Shown piece after piece: positions 42,335-52,692 of a DNA stretch of 64,000 bases. Source of the stretch: Octopus sinensis (lineage: Eukaryota); assembly GCF_006345805.1 (NCBI RefSeq), contig NC_043010.1, forward strand, positions 49,476,001 to 49,540,000, in the 5' to 3' direction. Below the pieces are notes generated by a model. That model did not search any database. It had not been told where the DNA came from and was given only the letters and a program-made list of their open reading frames with translations. How positions within the stretch are numbered: the first letter of the stretch is position 1; each line of letters begins with the position of its first letter. A program made the position numbers and the translations under genes.

Positions 42335-43401
42335 GAGGTATAAATTTATACAATTCACAAATTTCCCAAAGGTTTCTTGAACAGAAGATATTTGGAAAGT
42401 TAAGATGCCAATCAGTACTCAAAGTTAACAGCTTTTCCCTTTTCTTCCTTTTTTTTTGTAGTCAAGATTAATTACAAGTTTTGATATTATCATCAACTAC
42501 TTATTGCCATATTTCTGAGAAGAGAGATGAGTGCATAGTCTTGGGGGAGAATGGTAGAGAAGTAAAATATATATATATATAGTTTGCTGACCACTGTATT
42601 AAGCTGAATTAGTTTCTAGCCTGGAACAAATATATGCATGGATAACGTTTTCCAAATGGTATTTAGGCAGAGAATAAATAAGGAAGTTTGGCAGAGGTTA
42701 CAACTCAGCAAAATAAATGACATACACATTTCAATGGCTTCTTATAAGGACAAGTGAGATAGTTGGTTTCTCAATGGGCCACAACTGATCTGTGTGAGTA
42801 TAGGATTCTTACAATGCAAATGCTATTTCAGCTTTGCCTTTGTGTATGTAGTGTCTTCAGGCAATTTTATATAACAGTACTGACTGTATTTCTAATCTGA
42901 TATGTAAAGGGAGTTAAAAATTCAAGCATGAGAAGCTACAAATAGAAATGTTTTATGACATAAGTTTATTTTGGATACCAATTTCATCATATTAAGAATT
43001 TGGTGAGATTTGCCAACAGATAATTAGAGATTCTAATAGTTGAAGCAGTATAAAAATAAAAAAAATTAAAAAAAGGATAATTACATAATCAATTAACCCC
43101 AATGCTATTTCATTTACTAATCTGTGCTTGTTATGTAATTATACTACTGAGATAATAACAACAGTTATAATGAAGGACAATTATCAACACACCTATTTAT
43201 TTACATGACTGAGTTTTATTTTTTGATATACCACAGAATCTTAAATCACTGTATACATTGTGATGCCCCAATTTAGGCTTCTGGTGATTATTTATTTACA
43301 AAAGCAGTATCATTACTGTCATTTTCGTTTTCTGACAGTTATAGTATGACATTGTTGTTCAAAGTATTTAATGCAGCAATACAATCAAAAAGACACAGCT
43401 T

Positions 43402-43615
43402 TTAACTCTTTAGCATTCAGATTACTTTGTCAAATGTAATGTTTGTTTATTCACTTAATTTTGAATTAATCCCATTGCACTGAAATTTTGATGATGTCAT
43501 TGGTTATTTTTAGAATGACAATGTAGGGTATGAGAGGGTGGATCTGGCCAGTTTGAACATAAAACAGATTGAATATTTGAACCAGGTATGACTTATTTAA
43601 ATGCTAAAGGGTTCA
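43402..43615 (-). mobile_element. TTAA MITE copy 9
   Basis: Starts ttaactctttagcattcagattac; body reversed. Confidence 0.83.
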
Positions 43616-44078
43616 ACTATTGAAGTGGCTAAACATATAAAAAGAGATGAAACAATACATTGAAGGCACTATCACTATCCAAACCTCAACACTATCTTCT
43701 GGCAGTAGTGAAACATGGAAAAAAAACCAAAAAACCAAAAAAAAAAAAAAGATGTATTTTCAAACTTTATTTGATTTCAGATTTGGTGAAATTAAAAATT
43801 TTGGAACAATTTATTACAGAAATACATTAAACTCCTCTCTTTCACTGAATGGAATTTAAAAGGCAAAAAGAATTTTAAAAAAATAGAAATCTGTGTGTGT
43901 GCATGCTTTTTTATTTTAACTATAGAGGCCTTGATTTGTTATGTTTTTGATTTAGCCTCAAAAATCACCAATGGCAATTCTCTGGTTACTATCTTTCATA
44001 AAACCACCTGGCTAGATAGAATGTCTTCAATTTGCTAAGTAAGCAAAATGTGAAGTGAAGGTAAGAAATTATTCTTAC

Positions 44079-44107
44079 CTAGCTGCCATTTAGTCTTAGT
44101 GTTATAG
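44079..44107 (-). CDS. Candidate alternative micro-exon B (29 nt): (D)YNTKTKWQL in the REEP frame; also holds an out-of-frame ATG
   Basis: Acceptor gtttttcag| (short pyrimidine tract) and donor CTAG|gtaaga. Phase-compatible with both candidate neighbours, with no stop. Confidence 0.45.
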
Positions 44108-45186
44108 CTGAAAAACTTTCCTGTTGGCTGTTCCACAATAACATTTATACGTTTACTATAAAAAACAAATGAGGTTCAGAAATAAATACTATAGTCAAAT
44201 TTGTGGTTGTAGTCTATGAACTGTACTACCTATCTAGATATCATATACCCCATCTCTGCACAAGGCTTCCATATGTGTTGCTTCAAGTTTACATCCAACA
44301 ATTGTTGGCTCTCATATTTCACAAAGTAGCTATGGGTTGATGTTTTTCTTTGCATTGAAGTTAAAACAAGAAAAGTTAGGATATAAATTTAGAAAATAAA
44401 TCTGAAAACAGCTTCATGAAAGTCATACAAAAAAAAAAGTGCCTAACAAAACACAAGTACATGAGAATTTCTGCTAGTAACATTAGCAACTTTATGGAGC
44501 AGCCAAGTCAGAAAAGATTACACTTTCCACAAAGAATTTGAAGTACTTCTCCAGATATTGGAAACAAGTGTATGCATGTGTGTTTATTCATCACTGTCCT
44601 ATAGTGTCAGGAATACTGAAAGATATAGAACCATCAATTACTAAAATTAACAAAAGATCTACTCAAGTTCTTTCTGACAAAATGCCAAATTACTTTAATA
44701 AATTCTATGAAAAGAATTGAGTTTTAACTAAGACAATCTCAGACTGAGTCCTTTGCTTGCCCATACTTGACACAATCCCCAAACGATTTCTATTATTTTT
44801 AAAACAATTCAAATTTAACTGTCTTTTTATATGACTAGCTATCTACTAGATATGCTGTAGCTTTTAATAAACAGATTAAAACATAAAACAGACAAGGTAA
44901 CTAAGTAAATTACTTTTCATGGCATTATTAAGCATGTGAAGCCATTTTAAGATATATCTGCTAAAACTGTTTTCTTAGATTAAATTCAATTAAATTTAAT
45001 CAATTTTTCTTAGTAATTACTAATTTCTTAACTTTACAGCATTACCACTATTATTAATATAATACAAAGATGTACAATTTGCTCTTTGTATATAAAAAAT
45101 AACAAACAATAGCACACTCAGTTAGGAAAAGATATATACAAAGAACAGATTTTATGAAGTGGGAACAAAACAAAAGGTAAATATAA

Positions 45187-45964
45187 TCTCTTATTATAAA
45201 AGGCAGATTTTATCTGCCTCCCTTTGTCAGTTATAGAAATCTACAATATAGGATTTCTTCGATTACAATTTACCTAGCATTTTTAAGAGTAGAATGCATC
45301 GGGTTTTGCCAGGTCCAGTTTTTAAAATTTAAACTCCAATTAAGCAAAATTTACAGAAAACTCACATTCTGGTGTGTATGTCAAATGCTTTTCTTAGTTT
45401 GGTTTACAGCACACGCAAACGCACACACACAGTGTGCAACGAATAAAGTGAAACTAGATGTAATATTTGTTTCTGTCTATCACGCTGATAGATACATGAG
45501 TAAAATGTATGGCAAGCTAACAGATAAGAGTGAGTGAAAATGTTCTTGGAAGAGAGTAAATAGCGACAGTGATTTGAGGAAGACTAAACTGAAAGTATGA
45601 AACAGTGTTTATGTATAAACAGACGACACTTATATAAACCCTTTCATTACCAAACCACCCGAATTTACCTATTCATATTTAAATGAGAATATCAGAGTAA
45701 ATCTCTTTAGTACATTCGTGAAAACACGTATTATACTTCGTAAACACTTCAAATACAGTTTTGTACAAAAATCGAAGTGTAATTTTAATTCCGTGAATTA
45801 TGGGAGATTTTTTTCCGAAATTTGTTCCTATTGTGTTTTCAAAATTTGTAATTCTGACAAAAAATGGATACGAATTTCATTATATCAAGCAGCAAGTCAA
45901 AATTCGAAGGATTTTCTACTGAAGACCTTCATAAATCTAACTCTATGACTGAAAAAAAAAAGCA
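45187..45964 (+). mobile_element. 5' part of a second Helitron-like element plus a possible piggyBac-like terminus (ccctttcattacc at 45639)
   Basis: a|TCTCTTATTATAAAAGGCAG start with a small hairpin (ggcagattttatctgcc). CpG content is above the flanks. Internal boundaries are uncertain. Confidence 0.45.
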
Positions 45965-46350
45965 TCTTTATATAAGAGTGAAGTTGTGTGTCTGTCTCCT
46001 ACGATTTAGATTCGTAACTACTCCCACATTTTGCGGTGCAGTTTAACCAAAAGCGGGTATCTTATAGTCGTGATTCATATCGAGCCCTTCTGGGTATTAG
46101 CGCGCGTCTACGATTTAAAAAAAATTTACCATCATATTTTTCCATTTTAATGCATTTTTTTCGCTTTTATATAAGGGAAGTAACTCTCTAAAAATATCTA
46201 CGATGTGTCAACGATTTAAAAAAAAAATTTACCTTAATTTTTTTTCAATTTTTAATGCATTTTGTTGCTATTTTTTGGCTATAACTCTCTAAAAATGCTT
46301 ATATAGTTATTTCCCTTACAAACCCGAGCAACGCTGGGCGATACTGCTAG
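45965..46350 (+). mobile_element. Non-autonomous Helitron, apparently complete
   Basis: Sits between A and T. Starts TCTTTATATAAGAGTG and ends with a GC-rich hairpin (cccgagcaacgctggg) followed by CTAG. Has an internal tandem duplication (ctacg...atttaaaaaaaatttacc) and retains many CpGs. Confidence 0.75.
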
Positions 46351-46791
46351 TGCTATATAAACAGTGAAAAACAGGACAATATACACTTATAAATTACAGA
46401 AGCTGGAAAAGTATGAACCAAGAATATTCGATGCCAATTTCTAAGAAAAATTAAATGCAAATGAGGCGAGGAAATGGTTTGGAAAGGAGGGAGCCTTAAG
46501 TTGACAGTGGCAGATATCTGAGCTGGAGGCAAATCAAGGAATATTTAGGAAATAGTAATGTGGTCAGATTTCAGAAAGCTGGGTTTCACCGATAAGATAA
46601 TGCAAATTGAAGACATGGTTTTTGTACAGGTCCATTCAACTGATACTAAAGGAGTTGTTAAACCAATGAAGAAGTCGATATTACTTAGCTACAAAGACAA
46701 TGAATATATGTATGTTTCAAAGAAGAAAATTATTTACTAAAACATAACTTTTCATGGTACAAAGTTCAAGTGATTGGTTGAGCTTTAAGAC

Positions 46792-47082
46792 CAGTGCTTC
46801 TCAAACTATCTGATGTGGCATACTGGCAGTTTTTTTTTCTCCCCCAATGTGCCAAGGACCGGTAATATTTCTTAGTAATATTAATTTATACTGGAAATAA
46901 TATATATAACGAATATAATAAAAGTTGACAGTTTTTTTTATCTTATATTTATTTTGTAAACAAATAATACAATATTACATAAGCATTTTATAACGTTTCT
47001 ATCGCTTCTGGAAACATGCTGCATACTGGCAGCTGATGGCTCATGGACTGGCACCAGTCCACGGACCACTACTTTAGCACTG
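46792..47082. mobile_element. hAT (Charlie-like) MITE
   Basis: Termini cagtgcttctcaaac ... tagcactg; degenerate TSD ctttaagac / ctttagag. Confidence 0.7.
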
Positions 47083-48100
47083 CTTTAGAGCATCACTGGC
47101 AAGACACTAGTTATGTACTGAGTCAAAGGTTTATTTAAATGAAAAGTGAAAAAGAAACTGACTGAACAATTGGGATGGAGTGGCTTGTCAAAGACAATAC
47201 TTTAAAAGTCCCTATATGGTAACCATAGTCATTAATTTCTTATAACCAGTGATTTGGCATTTTCTCAGTTTATACAGTTTGATAGAAAAAAAAATCCAAC
47301 TGTCAATAGCACACCTTTTTGAAACAATATAATGACAAACTAAACATGACAACGTTTGATTTTTTTTTTTTCCCCACTTCCACAAATATTTTTTTAATGT
47401 TACTACCAGAAAACACACACACACACACATACACTAAATGGAAAAGTTAAATTAGACTGAAGAATAAATATAATTATTCTGTACCAACATTTGGTAAATG
47501 TCAAAGAACACTACATAAAGATGGGTTTAACCAAGAAATCCAAATATCATCTGACAGTTCAAGTATTCTTCAGTAAACATTAAAAAAAAAAGTTTAAAAC
47601 ATAGGTTAGGAGACAAAGGTCAGGAAGTAATTCCAACAACAGTGGAAACAACTCTCAAAGACAGGAAACCAAGCAGCAATGAGTAGGGGGAAGCAGAAAG
47701 GAAAAAAAAAATCTCCAAGACAACTTGCTATTCAATGACAAGACAAGTCAGTGAATAGTGTCACAACACTTACACAATACTGGTGTAGACTAACTCAGCT
47801 TGCCAAGTAAACCAGCTAGAGGCTAATTGCAATTAACAATCTTTAGCGTATTTAAAGACGGAAAAAGTAAAGACAGCGCACACACACACATAACACACGT
47901 TCATGTTTGTCTGACAGTCAGTTGCATATTAAGCAAATGTAAACAATACAGAGCAACAATAAGGAAATACTAATTTGAAATAACCAGCATAGCAACGCCG
48001 ACAAGAAATAAACAAGAAACTGATATCAACAAATATCTTCATAATAAGAAAATAAAACAAAACTCCCAAAATGAATAAATAATTAAATAAGAGAACATAC

Positions 48101-48234
48101 TCAATCAGTTTCTTTCTGACTTCAATACCACAAGTGGGAAAGGGAAGTTGAATAGACTGTTTAATAAATATTAAAAAAACATATACAGCTGTAAAATAAT
48201 ATATATAAGGAGGGAGAAGAGTACAACATTTCAT
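48101..48234 (-). CDS. Candidate alternative first coding exon A: MKCCTLLPPYIYYFTAVYVFLIFIKQSIQLPFPTCGIEVRKKLI
   Basis: ATG at 48234 is the first ATG in its frame after an upstream TAA. Donor ATTGA|gtatgt, phase 2, compatible with micro-exon B. Hydrophobic stretch YIYYFTAVYVFLIFI. The 5' boundary is uncertain. Confidence 0.4.
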
Positions 48235-49975
48235 AGAAGCAACCTTCTCCCTTTTTCCTGTAGCCTTTTTCTCCCCGAGAAGGTCAAGGCTGTTAGGCTG
48301 ACCCACTTTCCAATCTATGCCAAACAACAGTTGCCTGCTGCTAAAGATGGGATTCACATTAGCTTGTTATTGATTTCTTCCTCAGCTAAGTGTCTGCTAG
48401 TTTCTGTTTTTCATTCCAGTTTACCTTTCATCTAAGCTTGCTTGCAGGTACTAATGCTTTTTTTTCCCTCCTTTTTGCTCAAATTAATTTTGCTAGATCA
48501 GACTAAGCTTATTTTGTTAGAAACAATATCAAATCCATACTACAGAAAAAAGAAGACAATTCTTTGCGTGTATATCCGCATATGTGTGTGTGTATATATT
48601 ATATTCATAACAAGCAGCTTCTTTATCTCTTATATACAAAGATTTTATTTTTAAATACGAATAACTTCGGGGGAAATACAATGAAACAGGTTCTGGTTAA
48701 GTATTTAATTTGAACTTTTCTTCAAAGTTATCAACAATTGAATTTTTGCTATGAAGATGATAATCTGCAATTATCTTAACTATGTTTATTTATTCTACAT
48801 GTAATTATTTTCAAATAAAGGTCTAACATTCACCATAATTAGCAAAAGAAATAACAGTCACCTTCATGTTAAATAATATACAAATTATTCTATTCAGTTT
48901 TCTTTCTTCTTTCAATTCCTTGATGCAAAATAACTATTTTTGATAAATAATATTTTCAATAACCAAATTTTTTTTGATGCATTTTTCACACACTCAACAC
49001 CAATTCCAAGATTTGTCCTTTTTTTAAAAAAATTCATCTTAATGTACTAGACATATTTCAAGTGAATAATGCTTTCTAGAATTTTAACGCATTCACATGA
49101 ACTTTCAGATTTGTTGGCCAAACAAAGAAAAAATATTAGAAACTATTTGTTTTCTCTTATGAACTGAAGTCGAAGTAAAATGAAAAAAAAAATTAATAAA
49201 ATGATTTTTGTTTGAAAGATTTAAAAGGAACTGAAGCAATAAGAACTATGGGAAATTTAATTGGAAAAAAAAAAAAAACCAAAAAAATATGAATTCTCTC
49301 AGACTTGCGACGGAGAGAAATAGTTATTAGTAGCTGTTTGGCACTAGTATTATGTAGCCTAGCCTTTCAGACACATATTTCAACATGGTTAGAGCAAATG
49401 TAAAAATGAATATGCACAAGATGTTAAGAGAAAATGCGAAATATTTAGATTGTTTTTTTTTTCCTTTCTTTTTTAATCAAAAATTCAGGAAATCTTGCAT
49501 GTGAATTGAATATTAACAATGAGGTTAGCATTGATCTGCAGAATTAATTCAGTTGCTGCAACAGTTTTAGAACAACCATAGTTGCAGGCACTACCCACTG
49601 AAGCCAGGCAGACATTAGAGCTAAGTGCAGGATACAACAAAGCAACAAGCTGACAATAGTAGTAGTAGCAGCAGAAGCAATATTTGGCAATGTGCCTAAT
49701 TGTTTAACAGACTTTACTTAAAGACATCACTTTTTGACTAACAAGCTTACTGTGTACAAAGATGTGAGATAGTCTCTTGCACATTAAAAAAAGTGGCACT
49801 GACCAGAATTATTCACTAATAGACAATTATATGAACATTACAATAAACAGACACTTTCAACTGATTAGAACAATGAAGTCCCGTCTCAAATAGTGCTTCT
49901 AAGTAGAGGTCAAGGAGGCTAAAACTCAACAAATGTACACACACAAAAGGTTGTTTAGAATTCTAGTACTACTAC

Positions 49976-50445
49976 AATAATAATAATAATCCTTTCTACT
50001 ATAGGTACAAGGCCTGAAATTATGGGGGAGGAGACTAGTCGATTACATCACCCCAGTGTTTCACTGGTACTTAATTTATTAACCCCGAAATGATGAAAGG
50101 CAAAGTCGACCTCGACAGAATTTGAACTCAGAATGTAGTGATAGGCAAAATACAGCTAAGCATTTCGTGCAGCATGCTAACAATTCTGCCAGCTCTCCAC
50201 CTTTTTATGAATAATAATAATAATAATCCTTTTTACTAAAGGCACGAGGCCTGAAATTTTGGGGGAGGAGACTAGTCCATTACATTAATCGCCAGTATGT
50301 AACCGGTACTTAATTTATTGACCCTGAAAGGATGAAGGCAAAGTTGACCTTGCTGGAATTTGAACTCAGAACATACAGATGGATGAAATACCGCTAAGTG
50401 TTTTGTCCAGCATGCTAATTAATGATTCTTCCAGCTCTCCACCTT
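49976..50445 (-). mobile_element. Two tandem copies of a ~230-bp tRNA-derived SINE with (ATT)n tails
   Basis: Copies at 49976-50203 and 50210-50445 each read on the minus strand as a tRNA-like head (gagctgg...gagttcaaatt), a central domain (ctttgcctt...catcc/t...ggggt) and an (ATT)n tail. Confidence 0.88.
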
Positions 50446-50756
50446 ATAAATAATAATAATAATAATAATAAATGTAGTCGAAGTAATAATGATAATACTG
50501 TTAAGTGAAGCATGGGATTTACAAAAGTATATTCTAAAAACAATAAATGTATAGGCTTAATATAAAAAAAATTCAATATTATAGCTACACAACTAAGCAT
50601 TAGTTATATATTCACACACATCCTCAAACTGTCTGTATATAATTCATGCATATTCATAACACAAGTCATGTAAAAGGTACTCCATATTTTAAATACACAC
50701 ACACAGATATATGTATGTATGCATACACACATACAAATGTATACGTGTGTATATAC

Positions 50757-51460
50757 ATATCATTTAATGTCCATTTTCCATGCTGGCATTGGATGGATGG
50801 TTTGACAGGAGCTGGTAAGGCCAGGAACTGCACCGGGCTCCATTGTTTGGCACAGTGTCTTCAGCTGGATGCCCTTCCTAATGCCAACCACTTTGAAGAG
50901 TGTACTGGGTGCTTTTTATGTGTCACCAACACTGACAGGGTGACTAAACAATCAGTTGGAAGCAGAGGAGTAGTACTGAGGAGGTGGTGGCTTTGTACCA
51001 GTTGAAAGATTCAAGGCATAGAGGGACAAGGATAGGTGCCTTCTTGTAGAGTAGATACATAGATGCCCTAGTTAGAAGAGAAAGGAGAGCAAGTGAGATA
51101 GTAAGATAAAGAGAGTGGGTGAGTAACAGAACAATAAAGAGAGCAATAGTGAGAGAGATGGTGGCATAGATATGTTGAGACATGCCCTCATCAGACATTG
51201 GAAGTGGTGAGAATAAGTGGTGACATAGAGGTTCAGACCAGGTGAGAAGGTATGATGGAGGTGATGAGTGAAATATAGCAGAGGCCCAGAAGGGCAGGGA
51301 TTACAGTCAATTATGTGACACCATTAAGGGTGATAGCAGATGAGGTATTAATAATGGAGAACAGCACAAGAGAAAAGAAGGCACAAAAAGGTGATGCTTG
51401 GTGGAGACAGTAGGTGGGGGAAGATACTGGGAAATGGAAGTGGTTTGCAGAGGAGTTAAC
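50757..51460 (-). mobile_element. 3' end of a retroposon with an (ATG)n-type tail (RTE-like LINE or its SINE)
   Basis: Plus strand reads catcatttaatgtccattttccatgctggcat. The same tail motif recurs at 35446, 51464 and 51619, and inverted near 52990. The family is not firmly assigned. Confidence 0.55.
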
Positions 51461-52559
51461 TGTATCATCATCATCATTTAGCGTCCGTTTTCCATGCTAG
51501 CATGGGTTGGATGGACTAGCATGGGTTGTATATAAACAGAAAAGCCTCAGGCACTATCCTCTACTCCTTGGAATGAATTAAAAAAAAAAAAAAAGCATTG
51601 AAGTGGGGATTGTCACTACCATCATTTTAATGTCCACTTCTCTATGCTTGCATGGGTCAGGCAGAGTTTACCAAGATAGGTTTTCTGTAGCCAGATGGCT
51701 TTTCTGTTGCCAACCCTCACTTGCTTTCATTGCACGACATTTTCTTGCAGTATACAGGAAATAAATGACACTGCTTATGCAATGTCAATTTATTTGACAG
51801 GCTTCTTTTAGTTCCATCTACCAAATCCATTCACAAGGCTTTTGGTTGACTTGGGATTATTGTATAAGACTCTTGCCAAAGGTGCCATACAGTGCAGACT
51901 GAACCTAAAACCATCTAATTGGGGAAAAGATTTCTTACCACACAGCCACACCTGAATGTGTTCCATAAGTGTATGTGTGTGTGTGTGTGTATAAGCATGG
52001 CTGATGTGGCAGTGAAGCAAGAAACATGCTCACCTATAGTACAGCTGTTACACAGAGCACAATATAGAGATGATATATTCTCACCATAATTAGATTGAGG
52101 TAGATTTCTTCCAATAACAAAAGGAACAATGAGAGAGAGAGATGTGAAATTTTGGAATCATTCAGCATTGAAACAAAATCCAGATTTTCCTGAGAAGAGG
52201 AATTTTATGAAAAGCAACTTGGTTTAAGTGTTGATATTTTCATATAAAGACAGGGTGGTTGACTAAAAGTATTGTTCAGATTTGGAATAGTAAAATATTG
52301 ATATTGGTGAGAATCCTTTATGAACAGAGTTCTTTATTCTCAACTGAAATGACAATCAGTTGGATAATTTATAAAGTATCCTTAAGGCAAGATTATGACA
52401 AATATAAAATGTTGGAGAAGAAAATAAGATTTGGTGAATGGTACATAAAATTTATCAACTCTTAAGTTTTGAAAAATTATTAAAATAAATATATGAATAT
52501 ATCCAGCGAGCATGTTGAAGAAATTTGGTGTCAATGTCAGGTCATGGTGGAAGTGGAAT

Positions 52560-52692
52560 TCAACCCGTTAGCAAAGAGATTACTCAGTCAAATGTAAAGC
52601 TTGTTTATTCACATTGTTTTGAATTAACCATCATTATCTTTGAATGCCATTGTAGGGTAGGTGTGAGAAGCCAGGTTTGACCAGTTCAAATA
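52560..52692 (-). mobile_element. TTAA MITE copy 10 (partial)
   Basis: gattactcagtcaaatgtaaagcttgtttattcacattgttttgaattaa ... gtagggtaggtgtgaga; internally deleted. Confidence 0.7.

Noticed and set aside
49590-49660. LLYPA-encoding stretch as the canonical REEP exon 2
   Set aside because: The rest of the motif (FGT, YxSYKAVK, KEY) is absent and the splice sites do not fit a 73-nt exon.
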